From an uncultured Chloroflexia bacterium (lineage in GTDB: Bacteria; Chloroflexota; Limnocylindria; Limnocylindrales; CSP1-4), in assembly GCA_963752475.1 (NCBI GenBank), contig CAVVYR010000001.1:96001-160000 (forward strand): a DNA stretch of 64,000 bases, written 5' to 3'. The first letter of the stretch is position 1. The number at the start of each line of letters is the position of its first letter. This document shows, piece after piece, positions 39,213 through 48,663 of the stretch. The notes beneath the pieces are model-generated. The model did no database searches and was not told the DNA's origin. It saw only the letters and a list, made by a program, of their open reading frames with translations. The position numbers and the translations under genes are program-made.

Positions 39213-40337
39213 TCAGGCCCGGTACTTGCGCCAGATCTCGATGAGCCGGTCGTGCGGCAGCCTATGAGCGACGCGATCGTTGACCCCAGCCATGGTCTCG
39301 GCCGCTACGAGCGCGTTGACGATGGCCTCCTCCGTCGACTCGATAGCGGCCCAGAAGAGCGGGCTGATCCAGGCGTCGTCGAGGGCTCGCAGCTCGTGCG
39401 TGAACGCCCGGCCCGAAGCTCGATCCTCGGTGGCCAGCCCGCGGTTGCCGGTGGCGAAGGCGATGAAGAGATCGCCCGACGAGTGCTCCCCCGCCCCACC
39501 CGTGCGAGCCACGCCCAACCCCGCACGCTGCGCCAGCCGCTCACACTGGTGCGGCAGCAGCGGCGCATCGGTAGCGAGCACGACGATGATCGAGCCCGCG
39601 TCAGCGTCGCTCGCGGTCGGGGCCATCTCCTCGCGATCGGAGGGCACCTCGTCGAAGCCGATCTCACGACCGACGGGCACGCCGTCGATGGCCAGGCGTT
39701 CGCGGCGGCCGTAGTTGGCCTGCACCAGCGCACCCACCGTGAAGCCACCCTCATCGGCACCAAGCCGACGCGAGGCCGTTCCGATACCGCCCTTGAAGCG
39801 ATGGCAGATCATGCCCGTTCCGCCGCCGACGTTGCCTTCGATGACGGCGCCAGCGGATGCTTCGGCCAGGGCCTGGTCGAGGTGCTCGGCCCGCACGTGC
39901 TGGCCGTCGATGTCGCTGAGCCAGCCGTCCCAGGTCTCGCCCACGACGGGCAGCGACCAGGCCGACTCGGCGGTGGCCGAGGACCGTGCCGCGGCAGCCA
40001 CGATGGCGTCTCGGACGATACCCACCGAATGCGTGTTGGTGATGCCGATGGGACCGGCCAGCAGACCGGCCTCACGGATCCACTCGAGGCCGGTCAGCTC
40101 CCCATTGCCGTTGAGCCGGTGCGCACCGGCGAACACGCCCTCGGCGAAGGGATCGCCCTCGACCGGCACCACCGTGGTCACGCCCGTGCGTACTGGGCCC
40201 ACGCCGAGCTCCAGCGGTCCGGGTACGCCCTCGACGATGGTGGCGTGGCCTACGCGCACGCCGGCTACGTCGGTGATGGCGTTGAGGGGGCCGGGCGTCA
40301 TGAGCCCGATGGAGATGCCGAGGTCGCGTGCACGCAT
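39213..40337 (-). CDS. dmpA: P1 family peptidase (DmpA L-aminopeptidase/D-esterase)
   Basis: NAITDVAGVRVGH, NGNGELTG, PVVGETWDG, GNVGGGTGM, KGGIGTAS, autocleavage site G-SIIVV, SSGDLF. Confidence 0.93.
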   Translation of the reverse strand: MRARDLGISIGLMTPGPLNAITDVAGVRVGHATIVEGVPGPLELGVGPVRTGVTTVVPVEGDPFAEGVFAGAHRLNGNGELTGLEWIREAGLLAGPIGITNTHSVGIVRDAIVAAAARSSATAESAWSLPVVGETWDGWLSDIDGQHVRAEHLDQALAEASAGAVIEGNVGGGTGMICHRFKGGIGTASRRLGADEGGFTVGALVQANYGRRERLAIDGVPVGREIGFDEVPSDREEMAPTASDADAGSIIVVLATDAPLLPHQCERLAQRAGLGVARTGGAGEHSSGDLFIAFATGNRGLATEDRASGRAFTHELRALDDAWISPLFWAAIESTEEAIVNALVAAETMAGVNDRVAHRLPHDRLIEIWRKYRA

Positions 40338-40358
40338 GGCCTCGACCCTAGCGCAGGC

Positions 40359-41591
40359 CTAGCGCCGTCGCGAGGCGTAGATGTTCCGCGGGGACCCGTC
40401 CATCTGGCCTGATTGCACGACGACGGCGACGCGGCCCCCGTTGGCCACCACGTTCGGGGCCATGCGCAGCAGGTTGGCGTCCTTCGTCACCGGCTTGGGC
40501 TGGTTCCAGCTCTTGCCGTCGTCGGGGCTGCGTCGTGTGACCAGACGCGTACTACGCAGCTTCCCGTTCTTGAGCCGCTCCTTGACGTAGGTCAGCACGG
40601 CCTTCTTCTTCGGCAGCAAGGCCACGTCGGCGGCGCTGAAGATGTGGCCCTTCGGAGGCGCCAGGACCTTCTCGCGCCAGTTGCGTCCGTTCTTCTCGGA
40701 GCGCGCCACGATGAGCCCACCGCTGGTGGTCTGGACGGTGGCGACGACGGTCTTGCCACGCGCATCGAGCTCGGGCCAACCGAAGGTATCCCGGGTCGTG
40801 ATCGAGCGTGCCGGGCTCCACGAGCCGCCCCGATCGAGCGAGGTGCGCACGCGCACGTCATCGGCATAGCACTGGGGTCGGGCGGTGTCTGACCAGGCCA
40901 CGTGGACCGACTTGCCGTTGGCAGCGACGCCCACGAGCCCATCGGTGACACGGCCCTTGCAGTCGATCGACATCTTCGTCGTGCCCAGGGTGCGAGCGGC
41001 CTTGAACGACTTGCCCTCGGTCCTGCTGGTTCGGACCTTGACCTGGCCGTTAGCGCGATTGGTCCAGGCGACCGCGATGAGACCGTCACCGATGGCCACC
41101 GTCGGCACGCCGATGCCGTCAGCCTGGCCGGTGGAGAAGAGCGCCACTCGCCCGGCGAAGGACTTGCCGCCGTTGCGGCTCACGCGCGCGAACAGCGTGT
41201 GGCCCTTGGGTCCGCTGACCCGGAAGGCCACGGCCACGATCCTGCCGTTGGCATCGACGGCCAGGTTCGGTGCGACCTTGCGATACCTGGGGCTGGCCTT
41301 GAAGATCGCTCGCTCGCCGGACCAGGACTTGCCATCGTTGCCTGAACGCTGATAGACGACCTTGTCATCGACGGCCTTGGGGCCGATGCGCGGGTGCGCC
41401 AGGTGCAGCACGCCTCTGGCCGCCGCGACCTGGTGCAGCGAATCGAGGCGTGAACCGCCGTTGGGGGTCACGCGATCGAGCTTGGTCCACCCGGCACCGA
41501 GGACCAGCGACGGGAGCAGCAGCAGGGCGAGCACGGTGGCTGCGAGGCCCATGAGGGGCACGCGAACCCCGGCCCTGCGACGGTCGGTCAT
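40359..41591 (-). CDS. Secreted BNR/Asp-box (sialidase-fold) protein
   Basis: Signal peptide; six Asp boxes SGNDGKSW, SRNGGKSF, SRTEGKSF, SLDRGGSW, SEKNGRNW, SPDDGKSW. Start uncertain (41552, 41591 or 41630). Confidence 0.8.
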   Translation of the reverse strand: MTDRRRAGVRVPLMGLAATVLALLLLPSLVLGAGWTKLDRVTPNGGSRLDSLHQVAAARGVLHLAHPRIGPKAVDDKVVYQRSGNDGKSWSGERAIFKASPRYRKVAPNLAVDANGRIVAVAFRVSGPKGHTLFARVSRNGGKSFAGRVALFSTGQADGIGVPTVAIGDGLIAVAWTNRANGQVKVRTSRTEGKSFKAARTLGTTKMSIDCKGRVTDGLVGVAANGKSVHVAWSDTARPQCYADDVRVRTSLDRGGSWSPARSITTRDTFGWPELDARGKTVVATVQTTSGGLIVARSEKNGRNWREKVLAPPKGHIFSAADVALLPKKKAVLTYVKERLKNGKLRSTRLVTRRSPDDGKSWNQPKPVTKDANLLRMAPNVVANGGRVAVVVQSGQMDGSPRNIYASRRR

Positions 41592-41698
41592 CACCGACCC
41601 ATCGTGCTCGGCGCTCGTGGATGGCGCCATGACCGCCGGGTCCTATGGCACGACGTGACCTTCGGGTGCGGTCTGGTGCGGTCCGGGGTAGTCCGGCC

Positions 41699-42718
41699 CT
41701 AGCCGAGTCCGGGGATGTCGGCGTAGGCCGAGAGTGCGGGCTGACCGCCAAGATGCGCGTAGAGCACGCGCGACCCGGGCGCGATCTGGCCCTCGCGGAT
41801 GAGGCCGAAGAGTCCCGCCAGGGACTTGCCTTCGTAGACCGGGTCGCTGAGCATGCCCTCGGTGCGCGCCGCCAGCTGAATGGCCTCGATGGTGCCCTCG
41901 TCGGGGATGCCGTAGGCCGGCCCTTCGTAGCCGGGCAGGACCGTGATCTCGTCGTCGCGAAGCGGTCGGCCCAGCCCGATGCGCTCAGCCGTGTCTCTCG
42001 CGATACGTGTGACCTGGCTGATGGTCTGATCCAGCGTGGCCGAGGCGTCGATGCCGATGACGCGCCGATCGTCGCGGTCCTCCAGTGCGAAGCCGGCGAT
42101 CATGCCCGCGTGCGTGGAGCCGGTGACCGTGCACACGACGACCGTGTCGAAGAACGTCTCGAGCTCGGCCTCCTGGGCTGCGACCTCGCGCGCCCAGTTG
42201 GCGAAGCCCATGCCACCAAGGGGATGGTCGGAGGCGCCCGCCGGGATGGCATAGGGCTTACCACCCGCGGCTTCGACCGACTCCAGCGCGGCCTTCCACG
42301 AGCCACGGATGCCGATGTCGAACCCGGAGTCGTCCATGCGGATGTCGCCGCCCATGATTCGGGTGAGCTGGATGTTGCCCACGACGCCGTACATGGGGTT
42401 GTCGTCGTCGACCCAGTGCTCCTGCACGGTGACGGCCTTGAGGCCGAGGTAGTTGGCCACACCCGTCACCTGGCGCGTGTGGTTCGACTGCACCCCGCCG
42501 ATCGACACGAGCGTGTCGCTGCCCTGCTCGATGGCGTCGGCTGCGAGGTACTCGAGCTTGCGCACCTTGTTGCCGCCGAGGGCGATGCCGCTGTTGGCAT
42601 CCTCGCGCTTGGCCCAGATCTCGACCTCGCCACCGAGCGCTTCCGAAAGCCGTTTCAGTGGGTGGATGGGCGACGGACCGAAGAGCAGCGGTACGCGCGG
42701 ATAGTCATCGAGATGCAT
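41699..42718 (-). CDS. acdS: 1-aminocyclopropane-1-carboxylate deaminase
   Basis: [60 protein letters not shown] (Glu and Leu at the AcdS-diagnostic positions). Confidence 0.92.
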   Translation of the reverse strand: MHLDDYPRVPLLFGPSPIHPLKRLSEALGGEVEIWAKREDANSGIALGGNKVRKLEYLAADAIEQGSDTLVSIGGVQSNHTRQVTGVANYLGLKAVTVQEHWVDDDNPMYGVVGNIQLTRIMGGDIRMDDSGFDIGIRGSWKAALESVEAAGGKPYAIPAGASDHPLGGMGFANWAREVAAQEAELETFFDTVVVCTVTGSTHAGMIAGFALEDRDDRRVIGIDASATLDQTISQVTRIARDTAERIGLGRPLRDDEITVLPGYEGPAYGIPDEGTIEAIQLAARTEGMLSDPVYEGKSLAGLFGLIREGQIAPGSRVLYAHLGGQPALSAYADIPGLG

Positions 42719-42783
42719 GGATCCCCCTGGGGCCGGTTCAGTGTGGCGACCAATGCTACCGGCTCGCGGGCGAGCCCCTTGGC

Positions 42784-44439
42784 CTACGGCGACTCACCAG
42801 CCTTGCCGGTCCACTGCTCGTACTGGAGGCCACGCTTCTCGTCCCTGCCGGCCACGCCGACCGGCTTGCCGGTCGTGTCGTAGAAGACCAGGTCCTTGCT
42901 ACGGTCCTTCATCTGGTACCAGGTCCCGGTCTGCAGCGTGACCTTGCCCTTGGCTTTCCAGCCGGTCTGCTTCTTCGTCTTGGGGTCGCGCTTGGGCACG
43001 ATCTTGCGCACCTCGTGTGCGGTGTCGAGCGAGACCCAGGTCCGGCCCGCCTTGACGTGCTTCGACTGCATCGGCGGCGGCGGATCCCGCGGCTGGGCGG
43101 CGGCGGTGGCTTCCGAGCTGGTGTCCGACGACCCGCCCGTGCCCTCGGCGAGACCGTCGAGCGCGTCGTAGCCGATCGGGCTGCCGACGTCAGTCACGCC
43201 GATCAGGGGGTCGGCCGGCAACAGCACCGGTGCGTCTGCCTCCGGGGGGTCGGCCTCGGACTCGGCAGGAGGATCGACCTCACTTGCCGGAGCTTCGACC
43301 TGCGGCTCATCGGCGGAGGCGTCACCGGTCGGACTCTCAGCATCGTCATCCGAGAAGAGCAGTTCATACAGGATCATCGCGCGGAAGGCGGCCTCGGCGT
43401 TGTCGTCCTGCTCCATGTTGACCTTGAGCAGGAGGCGCAGCTGCTCACGGCTGATCTTCCCGTCGTTGACGAACGCCTTGACGATCTCGACCAGCTCGTT
43501 GCCGACACCGTTCGCGGTGTCGGCGGCATCCGGCTTGGGTACCTCGGCCGAAGCGTCCTCTCGGTCAGGATCCTTTGCGGTCGCGTCGTCCTCCGCGCCC
43601 TCGCCGGGATCGGCATCCGAGAGGCCATCGAGTGCGCCACCGGGGGCGTCGATGACCATGTCGTCAGGGTGGTCACCGGCGGACCCGCCGTCCGGAGCTT
43701 GTGCCGCGCCAGCATCGTCCGCTTCGGGACGCCCGCCACTGAGGTAGAGGTCCTCGATCGTGCCCGCCATGTAGAGCTTGTTGTACTCATCGTCCGGCTG
43801 GCTCGGGACGCCGTCGAGGACGACGCGGCGGACCTGATCCTCTGGCGTCGCCGCGACGTAGCCGACGAACTGGTGGTCGACGGTGTTGCGATGCTTTGCC
43901 AGCAACCCTCCGGCTGCGTCGTAGAAACGCGTCACCGACCAGGTGTTCCACGGTCGCATGAAGCCCACGTGACTCACGGGTGGGTCCAACACCAGTTCGA
44001 ACCTTGACTGTCCATCGGGGACGAACTTGCCCTTCGGGCCCTTCGTCTTGACCACGCCCATAAGGCGATGCACAGCCGGTTCCTTGACGAAGTCGTAGGG
44101 CAACATGGCCACCGGAGCTCGTGCGGGAGCCCCTCGCGGAGGCGGCGGCCAACGGAACTTCGTCGTACGCAGGCCGATCGAGACGCTGCCGTCGGGCCCT
44201 TGCAGGACCAGCTTGCGATGCAGGCCACTCGGTACATCCTCGAAGTCGTTGAACACGACCACGCCATCCGCCGCGAGTTCGTCGAAGGCCTCGTGCGTCG
44301 AGGGCCCGAAGACCAGACCGGTCCCGACGCTGGGCGTGGACGCGATCGGCTCGTCGCCGTCGCTCGCAGCCACTGCGTTGGGTACGCCGACCAACGCCAG
44401 CATGACCACTACGACCATGGACCGCCTCACCGCGCGCAT
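42784..44439 (-). CDS. Secreted hypothetical multidomain protein
   Basis: Signal peptide, globular N-terminal domain, acidic D/E/A/P linkers and a basic C-terminal domain. Confidence 0.7.
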   Translation of the reverse strand: MRAVRRSMVVVVMLALVGVPNAVAASDGDEPIASTPSVGTGLVFGPSTHEAFDELAADGVVVFNDFEDVPSGLHRKLVLQGPDGSVSIGLRTTKFRWPPPPRGAPARAPVAMLPYDFVKEPAVHRLMGVVKTKGPKGKFVPDGQSRFELVLDPPVSHVGFMRPWNTWSVTRFYDAAGGLLAKHRNTVDHQFVGYVAATPEDQVRRVVLDGVPSQPDDEYNKLYMAGTIEDLYLSGGRPEADDAGAAQAPDGGSAGDHPDDMVIDAPGGALDGLSDADPGEGAEDDATAKDPDREDASAEVPKPDAADTANGVGNELVEIVKAFVNDGKISREQLRLLLKVNMEQDDNAEAAFRAMILYELLFSDDDAESPTGDASADEPQVEAPASEVDPPAESEADPPEADAPVLLPADPLIGVTDVGSPIGYDALDGLAEGTGGSSDTSSEATAAAQPRDPPPPMQSKHVKAGRTWVSLDTAHEVRKIVPKRDPKTKKQTGWKAKGKVTLQTGTWYQMKDRSKDLVFYDTTGKPVGVAGRDEKRGLQYEQWTGKAGESP

Positions 44440-44583
44440 GGCACCCCCCGACTACACGGGCCGGTTCCGCCAGTGACTCGGCGCGGTCCAGGCGGCCATG
44501 GTCACGAACCGCGCGTCGATGCCTCCCGCTGACGCGATTCTCTCGCGCGTGTCCAATGGATGGCTCGTGCCTGCCGGGCACCT

Positions 44584-44602
44584 TGAGTCTGCCGCAGACT
44601 CA
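44584..44602. terminator. Perfect inverted repeat, probable terminator downstream of guaB3
   Basis: TGAGTCTGC-C-GCAGACTCA, ~30 nt past the guaB3 stop; no clear U-tract. Confidence 0.4.
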
Positions 44603-44630
44603 GCGCGACTGCGCCGGCGCGCCCATCCGC

Positions 44631-45824
44631 CTAGCGGCGCTGCTGCCAGGACTTGCCCTCGACCGCCACGGCCGGGGCATAGACCATCTCGACCTGTTGC
44701 ATGGCCCGGATATCCGGTGCCCCCAGTGCGGCCATCGACTGGCGCAACGCGCCGATGAGGTTCTCCGTGCCATCGGTGACGCGAGACGGGCCGAAGAGGA
44801 TCCGTTCCATCGTGCCCACGGTCCCGACCTCGATGCGGGTGCCGCGCGGTAGCGTCGGCGAGGGCGCGGCCATGCCCCAGTTGGTGCCGTGCCCGGGGGC
44901 CTCCTCCGCACGCGCCAGCGGCGAACCGACCATGACCAGGTCGGCACCGGCGGCGATGGCCTTGGCCATCTCGCCGCCACGGCGCATGCCACCGTCACCG
45001 ACGACCGGGATGTAGACACCGGTGCGCTCGAAGTGATCGTCACGGGCTGCGGCCACATCGGCGATGGCCGTCACCTGCGGCACACCGATGCCGAGGACCT
45101 CACGCGTGGTGCAGGCCGCACCCGGCCCCACGCCGACGAACAGCGCCGCGATGCCCTGTTCCATGAGCGCGGCCGCGGCCTCGTAGGAGGTGGTGTTGCC
45201 GGCCGCGACGGGGATGCCCATCAGCCGCGTGAACTCGTCGAGCGCGAGGGGCTCGTAGCCCGAGGCGAGGTGCTGTGCGGACGAGACCTGCGACTGGACG
45301 AGGAAGACATCAGCACCAGCCTCGGCACAGAACGGACCCCAACGACGAGCGGCCGCGGGCGTGGCCGAGATGACCGCCGGCGAGCCGGCCTCGTGGAGCT
45401 CTCGGATGCGCGCGACCACGATCTCCTCGGCGATGGGGGCCTCGTACGCGCTCGAGAGGACCTCCTGGGCCTCATCGGAACCGGCCGTGGCGATGCGCTC
45501 GAGCACGGGCGTCGGATCCTGGTAGCGCATCTGAACGCCTTCGAGGTTCATCACGGCCAGGCCACCGAGGCCGGCCAGAACGCCCGCCGAGCGGACGTCG
45601 ACGACGGCGTCCATCGAGGCTGCGAGTACCGGGATGTCAAGCGACAGACCGGCGAACTCGACCGAGGTGTCGACGTCGGCCGGCTCGACCGTGGTCGGCC
45701 CTGGGGCCAGCGAGACGTCGTCGAATCCGTAGGCCTGTCGGATCGTGTCGACCTTCGAGGTGCGGCGGCGCGGAGCGCTCATCCGGTTGGCTGATCCCTG
45801 CGTGCTACCGACCTTGATGGTCAC
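44631..45824 (-). CDS. guaB3: GuaB3-family IMP dehydrogenase
   Basis: AYGFDDVSLAP, ASMDAVVD, GGLAVMNLEG, VGVGPGAACTTR.VLGIGVPQ, DGGM, WGMAAP...LPRGTRI; no CBS domains. Confidence 0.92.
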   Translation of the reverse strand: MTIKVGSTQGSANRMSAPRRRTSKVDTIRQAYGFDDVSLAPGPTTVEPADVDTSVEFAGLSLDIPVLAASMDAVVDVRSAGVLAGLGGLAVMNLEGVQMRYQDPTPVLERIATAGSDEAQEVLSSAYEAPIAEEIVVARIRELHEAGSPAVISATPAAARRWGPFCAEAGADVFLVQSQVSSAQHLASGYEPLALDEFTRLMGIPVAAGNTTSYEAAAALMEQGIAALFVGVGPGAACTTREVLGIGVPQVTAIADVAAARDDHFERTGVYIPVVGDGGMRRGGEMAKAIAAGADLVMVGSPLARAEEAPGHGTNWGMAAPSPTLPRGTRIEVGTVGTMERILFGPSRVTDGTENLIGALRQSMAALGAPDIRAMQQVEMVYAPAVAVEGKSWQQRR

Positions 45825-45889
45825 CTTCGATCGACCCCTCCTGCATGGGCTTCGTGCATGTCGCTGACGGTTGGCGGCAGTATACCGAC

Positions 45890-46924
45890 GTGACTACTCG
45901 AGAGACCTACCCCGACCAGGTGACGCTGGCCGATGTCCAGGCTGCTGCCGACTGCCTCACCGGCGTCGCTGTGCGCACCCCGCTGCTGGCCTTCGGGCCC
46001 TTCGATGAAGAGGTGGGCGCGCCGCGCGTCTGGATCAAGCCGGAGAACCTGCAGCCCATCGGTGCCTTCAAGATCCGCGGCGCCTACAACGCCCTGGCCA
46101 CGCTCTCGCCCGAGCAGCGGGCTCGCGGCGTCGTGACGCACTCCAGCGGCAACCACGCACAGGGCGTGGCGCGGGCAGCGCGGATGCTGGGCATGAAGGC
46201 CGTCATCGTGATGCCCGAGGACACGCCTCGCATCAAGCTCGATGGCGTTCGCGCCGACGGAGCCGAGATCGTCTTCGTCGACGCCGACAACGAGGCCCGC
46301 ATCGTGCGCGCCGATGAGATCGGAGCAGAACGCGGTCTGCCCGTCATCTCCTCCTTCGACGACGCCCGCATCGTGGCCGGCCAGGGCACGGTGGGCCTGG
46401 AGATCGTGGAACAGGTCGCCGAGATGGGCCGTGCCAACGAGCCGCTGACGGTCTTCGTGCCCATCGGCGGCGGCGGGCTCTCGGCGGGCGTGTGCGTGGC
46501 CGTCAAGTCGCTGCGCCCGGACGCCATCGTCATCGGCGTCGAACCGGAGCTGGCGGCCGACGCTGCCGAATCCATCCGCGAGGACCGCATCGTGCGCTGG
46601 GGGCCCGAGCTCACCGGTCGCACCATCGCCGACGGCGTGCGCACGAGCGCGGTCGGCAGGATCCCCTTCGCCCAGCTGCGCCGGCTCATCGACGAGGTCG
46701 TGACCGTCAGCGAGGACGACATCAAGCGCGCCATGCTCGAGGCCTCGACTCGCGCTCGCATCGTGGCCGAGCCCTCCGGCGCGGTCTCGATCGCCGGCTG
46801 GATGCGCTACGGCGCCGAGCTGCCCGACGCCGACGAGTCGGACACCGTCCTGGTAGTCAGCGGTGGCAACGTCGATCCCGAGGCCTACCGCACGCTCCTG
46901 GCCGAGGCCGCGGCGCTCGACTGA
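45890..46924 (+). CDS. PLP-dependent threonine/serine dehydratase (serine racemase-like, no ACT domain)
   Basis: RTPL, KPENLQPIGAFKIRGA, HSSGNHAQG, AGQGTVGLEI, PIGGGGL, TIADG, EPSGA, SGGNVD. Start GTG 45890 or ATG 45845. Confidence 0.9.
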   Translation: MTTRETYPDQVTLADVQAAADCLTGVAVRTPLLAFGPFDEEVGAPRVWIKPENLQPIGAFKIRGAYNALATLSPEQRARGVVTHSSGNHAQGVARAARMLGMKAVIVMPEDTPRIKLDGVRADGAEIVFVDADNEARIVRADEIGAERGLPVISSFDDARIVAGQGTVGLEIVEQVAEMGRANEPLTVFVPIGGGGLSAGVCVAVKSLRPDAIVIGVEPELAADAAESIREDRIVRWGPELTGRTIADGVRTSAVGRIPFAQLRRLIDEVVTVSEDDIKRAMLEASTRARIVAEPSGAVSIAGWMRYGAELPDADESDTVLVVSGGNVDPEAYRTLLAEAAALD

Positions 46925-47015
46925 CGCCGAAAGCGGTGCACCGGTGCGCCGCGGGACGGAGCCAAGATGCACCATCGCGCTGGCATCTTCCCGTGGGAGG
47001 ACTATCATCCGCGCC

Positions 47016-48008
47016 ATGCCCGAGCGACCCGTGCCCTTCAGCCTTCTCGACGCCGCCCGTGTGGTGGCGCGCGGAGGAACCTTCGACTCCAAGCTGGCTG
47101 CACTGTCCGAACAGGCCAGTGCTGTCACCGATGCGGAGACCGTCGCGATCCTGCTCCACGATGCCGACGGCGACGTGCTGCTCTCCCTCGATGGTGAGTT
47201 CGCACTGCCCCTCAGCGCCGCCGATGCGGACACGGCCCGGGTCACCGCCGATCGTCAGCCCGTGCTCATGAGCGGCGCGCCCGAGTCGCTGACCGACGTG
47301 CTCCCCGGAGCTGGCTCGAGCCTGATCGCGCCGCTGATCGTGGAGGACGAGGACGGCGCCTTCATCGAGGGCGTGCTTGTGCTGGGTTGGACTGCCGCGG
47401 AGCCGCCTACCGACGAGGTGCCCGACGCCATCCTGGCCATCGCCGACCTCGCCGCCGTGACCATCCGCCAGGCACGGCTGCGCAACTCGGTGTGGGAGCA
47501 GTCCGACCACGCCGACCGCCTCTCGCACACCGACCGGCTCACCGGCCTCGCCAACCGCGTCACCTTCGAGCGCATGCTCGAGCTGGAGATCGCTCGCGCC
47601 ACCCGTCAGGGCACACCCCTGGCCGTGGCCGTGCTCGACGTCGACGGCCTCAGCCACATCGGCGACCAGCAGGGCGCCCGCGTCGCCGACGAGGTGCTGC
47701 GCCACGTTGCCAGCGCCATCGCCGATCGTGTGCGGCTGCTCGACACCGTGGCCCGCTTCGGCGACGACGAGTTCGTGGTCATCGCACCCGGCGACGCCGG
47801 CGGCATCGTGGCCCTGCGCTTGCGCGACGCCATCGCCGAACTGCCGCCCGTGGGCGAGACCACCATCAGTGTCAGCGCCGCAGTCGTGCACCATCCCGCC
47901 GACGGCGCCACGGGCACGGAGCTGGTCGCGGCCTCGGAAGCCGCGCTGGCCAAGGCCAAGGGCGACGGACCCGGCGCCGTGTGGGGCGTGCAGGAGGCCT
48001 CAGCCTAG
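47016..48008 (+). CDS. GAF-GGDEF domain protein (GDDEF variant)
   Basis: GAF-like N-terminus; DRLTGLANR, LDVDG, DEVLR, ARFGDDEF; TATCAT 7 nt upstream of ATG 47016. Confidence 0.88.
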   Translation: MPERPVPFSLLDAARVVARGGTFDSKLAALSEQASAVTDAETVAILLHDADGDVLLSLDGEFALPLSAADADTARVTADRQPVLMSGAPESLTDVLPGAGSSLIAPLIVEDEDGAFIEGVLVLGWTAAEPPTDEVPDAILAIADLAAVTIRQARLRNSVWEQSDHADRLSHTDRLTGLANRVTFERMLELEIARATRQGTPLAVAVLDVDGLSHIGDQQGARVADEVLRHVASAIADRVRLLDTVARFGDDEFVVIAPGDAGGIVALRLRDAIAELPPVGETTISVSAAVVHHPADGATGTELVAASEAALAKAKGDGPGAVWGVQEASA

Positions 48009-48661
48009 GCCGGAAGCTTCTGCTCCACGGCGCGCCCGACCGCTTGGGCGACCTCCTCGACGCTGCCGCTGCCGTCGACCACCACCCAGCGATCGGGAGC
48101 GGCCGCCGCCATCTCGAGATAGCCCTCGCGGACCCGCGTGTGGAAGGCGAGGTCGAAGCGTGACTCGTCCTCCCAGCGCGTCAGCTCCCCGGCATCACCG
48201 GCCGCGCGCCGGTCGAGCCCCGTCTGCGGCGAGACGTCGAGCAGTACCACGAGGTCCGGATCCAACCCGTCGGTGGCCCACTCCTGGATGCGCCCGAGCA
48301 GCTCGAGGTCCATGCCGCTGCCGTAGCCCTGGTAGGCCATGGTCGAGGTGTAGTAGCGGTCGCAGACCACGACCTCGCCGCGCGCGAGGGCCGGCGCGAC
48401 GACCTCATCCACGTGCTGGGCACGCGCCGCGGTATAGAGCATCACGTCGGCCTTGGGGCCACGCGGCGTCGGTGCCGGATCGTTGACGATGTGGCGCACC
48501 TGCTCGCCCATGACGGTGCCACCGGGCTCACGGGAGTGGGTCACGGTCAGGCCGCGTCCGCGCAAGCTCTGGGCGAGAAGCTTCGCCTGCAGCGACTTGC
48601 CCGAGCCGTCGGGCCCCTCGAGCACGACGAAGAGACCCCGTCCGGGATCGCGGTCGGCCAT
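48005..48661 (-). CDS. tmk: Thymidylate kinase
   Basis: LEGPDGSGKS, REPGGT, AARAQH, CDRYYTST.AYQG, PDLVVLLD. Confidence 0.96.
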   Translation of the reverse strand: MADRDPGRGLFVVLEGPDGSGKSLQAKLLAQSLRGRGLTVTHSREPGGTVMGEQVRHIVNDPAPTPRGPKADVMLYTAARAQHVDEVVAPALARGEVVVCDRYYTSTMAYQGYGSGMDLELLGRIQEWATDGLDPDLVVLLDVSPQTGLDRRAAGDAGELTRWEDESRFDLAFHTRVREGYLEMAAAAPDRWVVVDGSGSVEEVAQAVGRAVEQKLPA

Positions 48662-48663
48662 CG

